Shown: in pieces, positions 19,990-29,406 of the stretch
Layout: each line of letters opens with the position of its first letter
Numbering within the stretch: position 1 is the first letter of the stretch
DNA from: an uncultured Gammaproteobacteria bacterium
GTDB taxonomy: Bacteria; Patescibacteriota; Microgenomatia; JALYQM01
DNA length: 64,000 nucleotides
Assembly (NCBI GenBank): GCA_964535655.1
Contig: CAZHTP010000003.1
Location: forward strand, 1,186 to 65,185
Direction: 5' to 3'
Notes under the pieces: generated by a model
The model's input: the letters and a program-made list of their open reading frames with translations, nothing else
The model's database searches: none
Told to the model about the DNA's origin: nothing
Made by a program: the position numbers and the translations under genes

Positions 19990-21087
19990 TTATTGCTCCA
20001 CTATTTCATAACGGCTGTTATGGATTTCTGTTATTAATGTCTTCATATTATTCTCTTTGAATACCCTTTCGCACTCCTCCGGGTTCTTAGTGATGGCAAA
20101 CATTCCAGGACCAACTGAGGACACGGTTAATACGTCTGCAATTCCTTTTTCCTTAAGAATGGCGACTTTATTTGCCAAATCTACCATAGGTGGATAAACA
20201 AAAGAGCAATTCTCGATACTGCCCATATGGTAGCGGTAATCGAAAATTAGATCACCGATTACTTTTAAGTCGCCTTCTTCCATAGCAGGTAAGCACTCAT
20301 GGAATAATCTATATGCTATGGTAGGACCATATTTTTTGCCGCACTCCATAAATTTATGTAGGTTTTTTATCTCTTCGTCCATTAAATATTTTGAATCTGG
20401 ATATGTGAAGTCTTCAGGAATTCCGATAACAACCTTATACTCGTCGCTGATATTCATTGTTTTGACAACCGTATTTTCTCCTGCTATTATTACCAACCCG
20501 CCTTCATACATTCCACAAGCAGCTGATCCACCAATACATTGAACTGGATTTATCAAATTATCGTCTCCGTCAATTTCCTCGCCATGATTCTGCGCCATAT
20601 ATCTTACTAAATATTTATCACTTACGGGCTTACCGTAAAGCTCGTTTATTGCGCATGCTACACCTGCAATAGTTGCGCTACTCGATCCAAGTCCACAATG
20701 CCTCAAATTAACTTTATCCTCAACATTGATGTAAAGTCCGTCTGTGAAGCCTAACGCTTTTCTCATTATTTCAGCTGAATGCCTTATCAATGTGGACCGT
20801 TTTGATGTAGGTGAAATTTCAGTAGAACCTTTTTTGTCTGTTATGTTAACTTTTATTGTTTTAAAAATTTTTACACAGAAATCTATTTGACCTGGGGTAT
20901 ATCTCAAATTATTATTCTCTGCGATCTTACTAGGATCAATCGCCATGGCTTCTAACCGACTCGGATACTTAATTATAATTTTATCTTTCTCTCTTTTGAT
21001 CTTCAAATCTTTTTGTTCAAGGTTGTTAAATACAGTGCCTACGTCAAAAGGAGTAAAGTTTGTTTTTGATGAATTAGTGTCTGACAT
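19990..21087 (-). CDS. GHMP kinase family protein (beta-RFAP synthase/homoserine-kinase-like)
   Basis: GHMP ATP-binding motif 'LRHCGLGSSSATIAGVACA'. 365 aa. Confidence 0.55.
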   Translation of the reverse strand: MSDTNSSKTNFTPFDVGTVFNNLEQKDLKIKREKDKIIIKYPSRLEAMAIDPSKIAENNNLRYTPGQIDFCVKIFKTIKVNITDKKGSTEISPTSKRSTLIRHSAEIMRKALGFTDGLYINVEDKVNLRHCGLGSSSATIAGVACAINELYGKPVSDKYLVRYMAQNHGEEIDGDDNLINPVQCIGGSAACGMYEGGLVIIAGENTVVKTMNISDEYKVVIGIPEDFTYPDSKYLMDEEIKNLHKFMECGKKYGPTIAYRLFHECLPAMEEGDLKVIGDLIFDYRYHMGSIENCSFVYPPMVDLANKVAILKEKGIADVLTVSSVGPGMFAITKNPEECERVFKENNMKTLITEIHNSRYEIVEQ

Positions 21088-21147
21088 TTGTATATCTTAT
21101 GGTGATAATATATAATGCGTTTTATTGTACCATAATGGCGCCATCAT

Positions 21148-21768
21148 ATGATAGTATTAACAGGATATAGAGCTGCTGGAAAAACAACGGTAGGGAATAT
21201 ATTGGATAATAAAGGTTACTGGTTATTCGATGTTGGCCCCTATTGGCGTAGTTTGCGTGATAATGAAGCCCCGCATCTAGATGCTGGGCAGTTTTTTTCA
21301 CTTAAAAGAAGTGAAACTAGAAATATTCACTGGGAAGATGACATGGCTGTGGAACATCTGAAGGCAGAATATGCTGCTGGTCGACTTCTTAGTAAAGATC
21401 TTGTTATCTCCGGCTACCGTAACCCCACTAGTTTAGACTATTTGCTCTCCGCCATAAGACCCCATATTTTTCCGAATAAAAGAATATCTATATGGTATGT
21501 ACATTGCGATTTTCAGACCGCATTAACTAGATATAGAGATAGAGACGGCAATAATATAACTGCAGAACAACTCATTCAACATTATAGATATGAAGATGAA
21601 ATGGGTATAGAAAAGTTACGGAATCAAGCAGACGTATTCCTAGATAATTCATCAGACTTGGATAGGTTAAAAGTTCAAATTGATACTGAACTAAAGAGAT
21701 TACTTGAATTAAATGTGGAAGGCGCTATATTGAGTGAGGGATCTCAAGCATTTAAGGAGCGTGCATAA
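21148..21768 (+). CDS. P-loop NTPase / nucleotide kinase-like protein
   Basis: Walker A 'LTGYRAAGKTTVG' at the N-terminus. 206 aa. Confidence 0.5.
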   Translation: MIVLTGYRAAGKTTVGNILDNKGYWLFDVGPYWRSLRDNEAPHLDAGQFFSLKRSETRNIHWEDDMAVEHLKAEYAAGRLLSKDLVISGYRNPTSLDYLLSAIRPHIFPNKRISIWYVHCDFQTALTRYRDRDGNNITAEQLIQHYRYEDEMGIEKLRNQADVFLDNSSDLDRLKVQIDTELKRLLELNVEGAILSEGSQAFKERA

Positions 21769-22343
21769 GCAGAGTACCATTGAGCAAAATCTTCGTACGC
21801 AATACTGTGTGCCGCAACAGGTACACCTTCGTTATGCAGCTCTGCAATTGATTTGCCGTCAGGTGTTAGACTGATAACTGTATCTGAGTTTTTTCCCCGA
21901 CCTCTTTTCTCAAAAAGTATTTTACCTATAACTTCATCTCTAAAAATCCTATGTCCAGTGGAATCGATGAAACAGATTAAATTTTCAAGAATTATTCTTC
22001 GGTCGGAATGTCCAGACATTAGATTAATAAAGTCTTCAGGGCCTAACCAATCATTCATTTCCCTCATGTAAGGTCCAGGGAATCCTTTTAAAGCGGGAAT
22101 ATTCCAGCCCGAATTATTTACTATCAACCTTCGTTGGACTATGCCATAGGCCTTTTGTGCTTTATCTATTGCGGCTTCTTCTAAGGAGAGTCTTCTTAAT
22201 TCGGGGATATCAATTTGGACTGCTTCGAACTCAATTGCATGAGGTTGAAAATGCTCTTTTGCTTTTAAGATCTTATCTTGATTTCCTGTTATATATAGCA
22301 ATCTGTCACTCATACTACTTGTTCGCTTGTACCCACAAAGCAA
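21744..22343 (-). CDS. Ham1/RdgB (ITPase)-like NTP pyrophosphatase family protein, copy 1
   Basis: 'LYITGNQDKILKAKEH' and 'NIPALKGFPGPYM' resemble the ITPase 'ATGNxxKxxE' and 'ALxGxPGxYS' motifs. The acidic residue before the second motif is replaced (NNSG). Confidence 0.45.
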   Translation of the reverse strand: MLCGYKRTSSMSDRLLYITGNQDKILKAKEHFQPHAIEFEAVQIDIPELRRLSLEEAAIDKAQKAYGIVQRRLIVNNSGWNIPALKGFPGPYMREMNDWLGPEDFINLMSGHSDRRIILENLICFIDSTGHRIFRDEVIGKILFEKRGRGKNSDTVISLTPDGKSIAELHNEGVPVAAHSIAYEDFAQWYSAYARSLNA

Positions 22344-22878
22344 ATTCTTTCCAAAGATTATTTTTAGTATCCCTTTTAATATTCATTTCTCTCATTTGGG
22401 CAATTGTATATTTCTCCGTAACAAATGTAATAATTTTATCCGAAGGTTCACCATTCTCACCGTGTTCTTCCTTTAGTATTTCGCCTTCTTGATCGTCAAC
22501 AAATGTCTTTGTCTTTTTACCATCTATATAAACAAGTAGTTGTCTGAATATAATTCTTCTATCAGTTTTATCTTGCATAAGATTTAAAAAATCCTTAGGC
22601 GTGAACCACTTATTTATGAATTTCATATAAGGACCAGGAAATCCGTTTAACGCTGGTATGATCCATCCGGCGTCATTGATGAAAAGAGGCTTTTTAATTA
22701 TTTCAAAAGCTTTTTGTGCCTTGTCTAATGCGATATCCTCTATAGAATCGGATTGTATTTCATCAACTTTCTCTGACTGTTGCACAAGATCAATGTTATA
22801 TGCTTTGAGCACTTCTTTTGCATGCTCAAATTTTGATTTATTGCCGGTTATGTATAAAAGCGATTGAACATCATCCAT
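22315..22878 (-). CDS. Ham1/RdgB (ITPase)-like NTP pyrophosphatase family protein, copy 2 (tandem paralog)
   Basis: 'LYITGNKSKFEHAKEV', 'IIPALNGFPGPYM'. Overlaps copy 1 by 29 nt. Confidence 0.45.
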   Translation of the reverse strand: MDDVQSLLYITGNKSKFEHAKEVLKAYNIDLVQQSEKVDEIQSDSIEDIALDKAQKAFEIIKKPLFINDAGWIIPALNGFPGPYMKFINKWFTPKDFLNLMQDKTDRRIIFRQLLVYIDGKKTKTFVDDQEGEILKEEHGENGEPSDKIITFVTEKYTIAQMREMNIKRDTKNNLWKEFALWVQANK

Positions 22879-22891
22879 ATATTTTCCCGTT

Positions 22892-24040
22892 TTATTCTTT
22901 CCGTTCTAGAACTCTAAATGATTGATAAAAGGTTTTTGATCTTTCTCTAAGATCCAATAGCATTTTATCATAACTGAATGTGCCATCTGGACGAAGCCCT
23001 CTATTATTTGAACGTATGTGAGTAGAAACTGCACTGTTATGAAAGCTTCTCCATTGCCACATCCCTTTATATACCTTGAATAACTCATCTTTTACTGCTG
23101 CAGTCTGTTCATCATTTGGTTCCTTTAAAAACCGGTCGGCAAGCGAGTCAGGCTGAGTGTGTTCTATCTCCTGTAATAAGGCTCTCTTTGAATTTGGAAG
23201 GTGCGGATAAATCTTGTTATGTAGATGCAGAGCATAATCAGCATCAATTCCGTACAATAACGCATCCGTGAGCGATATATTTATATCAGCAGATTGAGAT
23301 TTGGGAATTAAAGTCGTAGGGTTACCATGTTTATCAATCCATATAGTATCTCCCACTTCAAAAGGACTTGCAAAAATAGCTGTATCTATAAAATAACTAG
23401 GAGCAACCTTACCTCTTACTTCGAGCATTAATCTGGCAATGATTTCCATACTTTGTGCAGCTGTTTGCGCTCTTTCTCTCTGGACTGATTCTCCCCATCT
23501 TTCTTCTCCCAAAAGCCCTTGTATCGCACTTATAGCTTTTCTGAATTCGCGCACAAATTCTCCGTTATAGTAGATAAACCTTCTTTCGTCATCAGTACCT
23601 ACAAACGTTCTGGCGTCTTTCCCCGGTGGATTTAATTCTGTAAATGAATAGTACGTATCCCGTGGCGGGAGTCCAGTGCATTTTCCAAGCACAACAAGTT
23701 GTCTCACAAGTGCTGGCAATTGCTCATTTAAGTTTATACCTTTTACTGCTAATGAGCTTGCAAACATGCCAAGATCTCCAAGCGCTAGAGCAGCTCTATC
23801 TTCTGAATGGGCTGCTACCCCTCCTATAACGTCATCTGAAGGCAATAATTGCATACCCCGTCGTATTAGATCTGTTACGTCTACAGAAGCAGTATTGAAA
23901 ACGTGTAGTTCTTCAACCACGAAATGACTAAATGCTCCTAGAGGATATCGACTCTCATTATTTACAACTTCTGTAGCTCGTTGTTCTGGTAACATTTTAC
24001 CGCCTTTATGCGCTTTGTTGGACTCTGCGCCGTGATACAC
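22892..24040 (-). CDS. Hypothetical protein (tandem paralog A, function unknown)
   Basis: 382 aa. Shares 'PRDT..Y.....NP.G...R.F...D.ERRFI' and other blocks with 24006..25106. Confidence 0.5.
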   Translation of the reverse strand: MYHGAESNKAHKGGKMLPEQRATEVVNNESRYPLGAFSHFVVEELHVFNTASVDVTDLIRRGMQLLPSDDVIGGVAAHSEDRAALALGDLGMFASSLAVKGINLNEQLPALVRQLVVLGKCTGLPPRDTYYSFTELNPPGKDARTFVGTDDERRFIYYNGEFVREFRKAISAIQGLLGEERWGESVQRERAQTAAQSMEIIARLMLEVRGKVAPSYFIDTAIFASPFEVGDTIWIDKHGNPTTLIPKSQSADINISLTDALLYGIDADYALHLHNKIYPHLPNSKRALLQEIEHTQPDSLADRFLKEPNDEQTAAVKDELFKVYKGMWQWRSFHNSAVSTHIRSNNRGLRPDGTFSYDKMLLDLRERSKTFYQSFRVLERKE

Positions 24041-25106
24041 TTGTTAAATCTATAAGCCTTTGTAATATATCTGTTGTATATCCTCCACTGCCCAAGGAAC
24101 CTTCCTGTCTAATTGCCATATTATCATCCGCTACTTTCTTATGAGGAAATCGAAACTTTTGGATTGTATTGAGTAGATTTACTAATGCAGACACGCCAGG
24201 TATAGGTTCTCCTGATGCCGTTCGAGTTGCTCTCAGCTCTTCCTCTACTTTATTCAGAATTGACGCAGATCCTCTTTTACTCTCGGCAATCTGCCGTAAC
24301 TCCGGAGGTAAGTACTGAAGATTATCGTAAAAATAATGAGTATACTCAGGACTATCTATTATTGAGGATCCCCATAACAAATAATCAACGAGAATGACTG
24401 GCATTTGAGCACCCCCAGGACCTACATACTCTTTTCCTCCTATTACAAAAGTTGGAAAATAAGGACGTAATTCATAGGTAAAGACCTGCGGAGTAATTTT
24501 TCTTCGAACTTCAACTATTGAGCCGACCATGTTACTAAATCTTTCTTCCGCTTGCTTTACTTCATACGCGAATTGCTCATCATGGATCGATAAAGTAGAA
24601 GCTCTTACCAATGCTTCGATACTATGTGGCAACTCCTGCATTCCCAATCTAAAACTATCAATAAATATTCTTTCTTCTGGCTGGTCCGTGAAGAGCCTCA
24701 TTCTCGCGCCTTTAGGATTTCTGGGACCATACGTAAAGACTGTATCTCTTGGGACTTCATCTGTGCGCAATCCTAGTTCAATCAATTGATCTTCCAATCC
24801 TGGAACTGTCCTCGGATCTATACCGTGCGTTGCAATCGATCCTGCAAGGAACCCGAGATCGCGTAGGGATGCTCTTGCACTTAATATATCAATGCTTGTT
24901 AGTTGTTTGGACTTTAATACAAATTGAACGGTATTTGCGAATAAAGCTTCTATGTCGGCAGATCTGTTGACATTTGGTAATTTATTGCTCAAAAAATCAT
25001 CCGCTCTAAGTGGATCTAGCGCAGCTACTCTTTGGTCATCTTCTGTACATTTAACGTAGGTGTAAGCTTCTTGTGCTGTGGCCGTTTTAATATCTGGACT
25101 TAACAT
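24006..25106 (-). CDS. Hypothetical protein (tandem paralog B, function unknown)
   Basis: 366 aa. Paralogous to 22892..24040. Motifs 'VGPGGAQMP', 'EGSLGSGGYTTD'. Confidence 0.5.
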   Translation of the reverse strand: MLSPDIKTATAQEAYTYVKCTEDDQRVAALDPLRADDFLSNKLPNVNRSADIEALFANTVQFVLKSKQLTSIDILSARASLRDLGFLAGSIATHGIDPRTVPGLEDQLIELGLRTDEVPRDTVFTYGPRNPKGARMRLFTDQPEERIFIDSFRLGMQELPHSIEALVRASTLSIHDEQFAYEVKQAEERFSNMVGSIVEVRRKITPQVFTYELRPYFPTFVIGGKEYVGPGGAQMPVILVDYLLWGSSIIDSPEYTHYFYDNLQYLPPELRQIAESKRGSASILNKVEEELRATRTASGEPIPGVSALVNLLNTIQKFRFPHKKVADDNMAIRQEGSLGSGGYTTDILQRLIDLTSVSRRRVQQSA

Positions 25107-25182
25107 AATACGCCATTATGGCGCCATTCAAGTATATTACAAGGAGTCCAATTTAGTCAATTAAATATACGGTTGGAGAATA

Positions 25183-25755
25183 CTATGCTTTTTTCATTTC
25201 TATCCATTCCTTAATAATTTTTCTAAGGAATTGAGATTTTGATAGCTCTTGTTTTTTAGATTCAATTTCCAAAAAGTTATTGATTTGTGGAGTAGAAATA
25301 AAATTAAATTTTGCAAATTGTTTACTGCTTATCTTGGTTACTTCACGAGAGAGTATGTCTTCGAGATTCTGGGCGTTATACGAGATAATTTTTATATTAT
25401 CATCCTTATCCATATGAAACGTGAATTGCGATTGTTTTTGAGGATCGGAGATATTTTCATCATAAAGGCAAAGAATAGGTATATGCCAATTTGTGGCTAG
25501 TGTAATTTGTTGTCCTACCCCTATTGAAGGATATGTTATTTCTGCAATTACTAGGTCGCTTTTTTTAATTGATTCTATAGATTTATCGTAAATTTCTTTA
25601 TCGTGGATTTCGCTAGACTCGTACCAATTTAGTGTTTCTTTGTATCCTATCTTTTTTAAGATATTACTAATGTTCTGCAATATCCCACTTTTTTGCCTTG
25701 CTATTGTAGAAGAAGCTGAAATAAAAAAGTTTAAACTGGAAGTATTTGTTTTCAT
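25183..25755 (-). CDS. Hypothetical protein (possible Rossmann-like nucleoside-binding fold)
   Basis: 190 aa. 'VIAEITYPSIGVGQQITLA' is weakly reminiscent of nucleoside 2-deoxyribosyltransferase-like proteins. This is speculative. Confidence 0.35.
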   Translation of the reverse strand: MKTNTSSLNFFISASSTIARQKSGILQNISNILKKIGYKETLNWYESSEIHDKEIYDKSIESIKKSDLVIAEITYPSIGVGQQITLATNWHIPILCLYDENISDPQKQSQFTFHMDKDDNIKIISYNAQNLEDILSREVTKISSKQFAKFNFISTPQINNFLEIESKKQELSKSQFLRKIIKEWIEMKKA

Positions 25756-25827
25756 TGGTGCCTATATTATATCTTAATTCTCATTTTAATATAAAGATAA
25801 GCTTAATTTATGGAGCAAATGAATATT

Positions 25828-25892
25828 GAGGAAAATGGTTCCGCATTTCGAGCATGTGGGTTATAATTGGTTCCAGATACAAATCGTCAAGA
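25828..25892 (+). repeat. Degenerate tRNA-3'-half-like element immediately preceding repeat copy 2
   Basis: 'GGTTCCAG....CGTCAAGAACCCA' parallels the tRNA-His T-arm/acceptor 'GGTTCGAGTCCCGTCGATCACCCA'. Similar to 18721..18796. Confidence 0.4.
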
Positions 25893-26046
25893 ACCCATCC
25901 ATTGTTATATTATTATGATATCCTTTTCTCGATACTCCTGACTGGACGTTCGAACCTTTTTAGGAAATATATTTTGCTATTACTCTAAATTCTGTATGAA
26001 TTTGATCTTTTTCGGGAGCATAAAGGACCGCAGCAAGATCACTATC
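25893..26046 (+). repeat. 154-bp perfect direct repeat, copy 2
   Basis: Identical to 14163..14316. Also encodes the C-terminal 29 codons of the minus-strand ORF 25960..26478. Confidence 0.9.
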
Positions 26047-26478
26047 TTCCAAAATCCCTCTCGTGTCATTTGCGAATGCAGAATATCCTTGATTATCAGG
26101 TTGTACATCATTGTCGACTTCCACGCATAATACAAAAGATTTGAAATCTACTCCTGCATCATCAGGTTTATCAATAGCATCATCTACCCAATAGTCTTCT
26201 CCATATTTACTCGATAGTTCAGCAGCTTTTTCTTCTCCTATTCCTTCACGAACGGCCATTTCAATAGCTTTTCGTGGATCGAACCCTTCGGCAGTTACTC
26301 TGACGGTAACTGGCTTGATACCATTTTCTTGAAGTATCTCTTTTGCTTTATCAAAAACGTGTCTATCATTTGTTGTAACACTAGAACGAGGTTCAGAATA
26401 TATTAAAGCTGTTTCTATACGATTGAATTTTTTGTTAAGCTCAGGTGCTGGAACTGGTTGACCTTCATTATCATTCAT
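25960..26478 (-). CDS. Hypothetical acidic protein
   Basis: 172 aa. Its 3' end lies inside repeat copy 2. Confidence 0.45.
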   Translation of the reverse strand: MNDNEGQPVPAPELNKKFNRIETALIYSEPRSSVTTNDRHVFDKAKEILQENGIKPVTVRVTAEGFDPRKAIEMAVREGIGEEKAAELSSKYGEDYWVDDAIDKPDDAGVDFKSFVLCVEVDNDVQPDNQGYSAFANDTRGILEDSDLAAVLYAPEKDQIHTEFRVIAKYIS

Positions 26479-26561
26479 ATATTTAGAAGTTGCTTATAAT
26501 AATGTTGATTTTATTACTAAATAGGGTAATTGGGAATTAGATAAAGTGTACTATATTCTAT

Positions 26562-27041
26562 TTACTCCTCAATGATGAAATTCTCTTTAGGGATAATATA
26601 CTCAGGCAACGATGCTCGAGAGCCAAGTAAGTAGGCATCTAAGCTTGTTGAATTTCTTCTATGCTCTTCCTCTCGACCAAGCATAACCAAGCCATCCCCA
26701 GCAGATACACCAATATTTGATTCGAGGTTACAGTTTCTGAAAATCTTTACATCAACCAAAGGTCCTGATCCCCATGAATCTATTTTATCGAAAATCCAAA
26801 CATCGGTCATAATGTCTATTGATTGAGCTTCTTTATCATCCGATGCTTCGTCCCAGAGTATAACAATATGATAAGTTCCAACATTCAAAAATGAGATATT
26901 TAACTCATATAATTTATTCAAATGATTCTGAATACTATCCTTATCTGTTCTGGTAAGCACCTTCTCTAAGCCTACGCAAGGATAAACAATAAAGGGCTTC
27001 TCTTTAACATGCGTTGTAAACGGTTTGTAGAATCCAGCCAT
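26562..27041 (-). CDS. Hypothetical protein
   Basis: 159 aa. No recognisable motif. Confidence 0.4.
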   Translation of the reverse strand: MAGFYKPFTTHVKEKPFIVYPCVGLEKVLTRTDKDSIQNHLNKLYELNISFLNVGTYHIVILWDEASDDKEAQSIDIMTDVWIFDKIDSWGSGPLVDVKIFRNCNLESNIGVSAGDGLVMLGREEEHRRNSTSLDAYLLGSRASLPEYIIPKENFIIEE

Positions 27042-27043
27042 AT

Positions 27044-27682
27044 TTAATTCCTTTCCTGGTGCGATTTCCTTGCTATGGTATAAATTACTTTATCACTCCC
27101 CGAATCTGGGTCTAGAGAGGCTGTCTCTAATTGGTATACAACTTGAAAACCTGCAATTTGCAGGAAAGTACTCAACCTCTCTTTTGTAAAGAAATTGAAG
27201 AACATCTTTTCACTAGGCATAAATCCCTCGTCTATAACTCTGTCGGCCTCCCCACTTTGTGCAATTATTTCAAGATAGCCATTAGGTTTTAGTATTCTAT
27301 TGAACCCAATTAATGTTCTTGGAATATCTTCTGATGGAATATGAATTAACGAATATGCAATAAGTAATCCATCAAAATATTCATTCTCAAAACCGATATC
27401 TCTCATATCACGCTTATAAAACTTGGTCTCAGGAGTCATTTTCTCAGCAATTTTAAGCATCTCATCTGAGTAATCAGTACCGATTACATCAAAGTTCTTA
27501 TTCAACATATATTTTGTGAACTGACCAGGACCGCTTCCAACATCAAGTATTTTTGACTGAGGGGCAAGCTTTTCTAAAAACTTATCGATATATGGTGTAT
27601 CCGTAAGATCTGTGAAATACTGCTCTGTATATATCTTGGCAATTTTTTCATATGTATTAATTGCAATGTTATTTTTATCCAT
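27044..27682 (-). CDS. Class I SAM-dependent methyltransferase
   Basis: Motif I 'ILDVGSGPGQFT'. 212 aa. Confidence 0.7.
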   Translation of the reverse strand: MDKNNIAINTYEKIAKIYTEQYFTDLTDTPYIDKFLEKLAPQSKILDVGSGPGQFTKYMLNKNFDVIGTDYSDEMLKIAEKMTPETKFYKRDMRDIGFENEYFDGLLIAYSLIHIPSEDIPRTLIGFNRILKPNGYLEIIAQSGEADRVIDEGFMPSEKMFFNFFTKERLSTFLQIAGFQVVYQLETASLDPDSGSDKVIYTIARKSHQERN

Positions 27683-27896
27683 ATTAACTTATCTGCATTA
27701 TACTATTATGTGTAAGTTGGGAAAGGATGTTAGTTGAAATTCAACAAATGAGGTTCGAGTTGAGTCCAGCCACTGCCCCCAATCCTCCTAAACATATTCC
27801 TTTGTTTGATATAATATCGTCACGATTAAAATCGCATTATTTGATTTAGATGGTGTTATCATCGCTCCTTGCACGCGTTGGTAATACATTAATTTT

Positions 27897-28496
27897 ATGT
27901 CCGCAAATATAATTCCTACAGATTCTCGGTATACTCCCCTCACCCAACAGCGTTGGTGTTGTGTACCGACATGTATCCAAATAGTCATGTTGCGACATTC
28001 GATTCCTCTCGTTTCAGCAGAACTAATCGGTTATCATATGGGATTAGTTGTTCCCAAAGATGAGCTGGTTTATTTCTGGAAAGGTAGAACCGGTGAAATG
28101 CCCCCTGCAGGGTACGGAACTCAGGCAGGTAAAGCGAAATATGGACCCAATGCAGTTTTTAAAAAACTTACTATTCCGCTTAAAATGAATTGGTCTTTAA
28201 TTAATAAATTCCCTACTATAAATTCGTTCTATGAATACTTAAAGAAATGCTCGTCTACCGATGCTGATGTATTAGTTTGCTATGACTGGGGAACTTTGTT
28301 TGATTCTGATTATCATGGAGGTCATGTTTGTGTCCTAGATATAGTGGATATTTCTAAAGGCGAAGTGCGGATTATTGACCCTGAGTATAAAGCATCAAAA
28401 TGGAAAGTTGTCTCAATTAATAAATTATATGAAGCAATGCTTTTTCATGGCAAAGAAAAAAGTGGTGGATTTTGGGAAATTTCGCTAAAAAGTTAA
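27897..28496 (+). CDS. Putative papain-like cysteine peptidase (C39-like)
   Basis: Candidate catalytic Cys in 'CCVPTCIQIVM' and His in 'YHGGHVCVLD', spaced about 100 aa apart. Confidence 0.35.
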   Translation: MSANIIPTDSRYTPLTQQRWCCVPTCIQIVMLRHSIPLVSAELIGYHMGLVVPKDELVYFWKGRTGEMPPAGYGTQAGKAKYGPNAVFKKLTIPLKMNWSLINKFPTINSFYEYLKKCSSTDADVLVCYDWGTLFDSDYHGGHVCVLDIVDISKGEVRIIDPEYKASKWKVVSINKLYEAMLFHGKEKSGGFWEISLKS

Positions 28497-28948
28497 TATA
28501 GTCTAGACATTCTCACTCCTTCCAGTATGCCTGATTTGAAGTAGTCTGAATCGTTACTTGGTGTAATTCTCAACCAGTCATATCCACTATGTTCGTCGCT
28601 AATAGTAATCTCTCCACCTCGATATTCAGCCATAAAGAAAACGTAAAATATATGAATATCCTTGCCATAAGGATTTTGTTTAATTGTATTTGGGACGTTG
28701 TGGCGCCCAATAGCGATTGGTGCGGACTGCATGCTGAACTGGATATTACCTAGTTCTTCTTGTACTTCTCGTTTTAATAATTCCTCGTATGGAGTATTAA
28801 ATTCGTCTTCGTTAATACGCCCACCCGGCAGATCATAATATCCGGCATAAGTACCTTGCGGATGCCCTTTAAGAGCAAGTATCTCACCTGCAGTGTTTTT
28901 TAATAGTAGCTTGAGTGAAATTTGATAAAAATCTATAGGAGTTGCCAT
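28493..28948 (-). CDS. NUDIX hydrolase
   Basis: Nudix box 'GGRINEDEFNTPYEELLKREVQEELG'. Confidence 0.75.
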   Translation of the reverse strand: MATPIDFYQISLKLLLKNTAGEILALKGHPQGTYAGYYDLPGGRINEDEFNTPYEELLKREVQEELGNIQFSMQSAPIAIGRHNVPNTIKQNPYGKDIHIFYVFFMAEYRGGEITISDEHSGYDWLRITPSNDSDYFKSGILEGVRMSRLY

Positions 28949-28962
28949 AGTGGATTAACTTG

Positions 28963-29388
28963 TTAGAGTATGTAATGACTAATTTTTTCCATATTATTAT
29001 CTAGGATAATATCTTTAATTTTTTGTGGCCGGATATCAAGATTTCCTATTTCTTCTTTTGTCACTTCAATTAATCCAAACTCTTCAGCAATCTTATCAAT
29101 TTTAGGTGCTAAATAGACAAATGTTATTTCTTGTATGTTAGCTTGGCCGTTATTGTAGAAATTTTCTATTACTGAAATTAATTTAAAAGCTGAAATAGGT
29201 AATCCCGTTTCCTCAAGCATTTCTCTTTTTGCCGCTTCCGTTGAACTTTCATTTAGCTTCATTCTGCCACCAATAAAAAAGTAATAACCGTTCTTATGCT
29301 TCTGAATAAGGAATCCCTTATCTGTTTCCATAATTATAGTTACTCTAATATTTAGCGTGGTGCCGTCTAGCGGTATAGTTAAATCCAT
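28963..29388 (-). CDS. NUDIX hydrolase
   Basis: Nudix box 'GGRMKLNESSTEAAKREMLEETG'. Confidence 0.75.
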   Translation of the reverse strand: MDLTIPLDGTTLNIRVTIIMETDKGFLIQKHKNGYYFFIGGRMKLNESSTEAAKREMLEETGLPISAFKLISVIENFYNNGQANIQEITFVYLAPKIDKIAEEFGLIEVTKEEIGNLDIRPQKIKDIILDNNMEKISHYIL

Positions 29389-29406
29389 GGAGTGATTGTA
29401 TCAAAA

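Noticed and set aside
21744-22878. Calling the tandem Ham1-like proteins active dITP/XTP pyrophosphatases (rdgB)
   Set aside because: Motif order matches the family, but the conserved acidic residue preceding the 'ALxG.PG.Y' motif is replaced (NNSG/NDAG). Activity or specificity may differ, so only the fold family is called.
25183-25755. Assigning the 190-aa protein as nucleoside 2-deoxyribosyltransferase
   Set aside because: Similarity is limited to a short 'E..YPS.G.G' stretch read by eye, too weak without profile search. Listed as hypothetical.
14163-26046. The 154-bp repeats as a CRISPR array or IS terminal inverted repeats
   Set aside because: Only two copies, in direct and not inverted orientation, about 11.6 kb apart. 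No short regularly spaced repeats anywhere in the window and no cas or transposase genes. Interpreted as att-like direct repeats.
27745-27781. Possible intact tRNA (T-loop-like GGTTCGAGT)
   Set aside because: No complementary T-stem, acceptor stem or upstream D/anticodon arms can be formed. Regarded as a degenerate tRNA-3'-like fragment at most.
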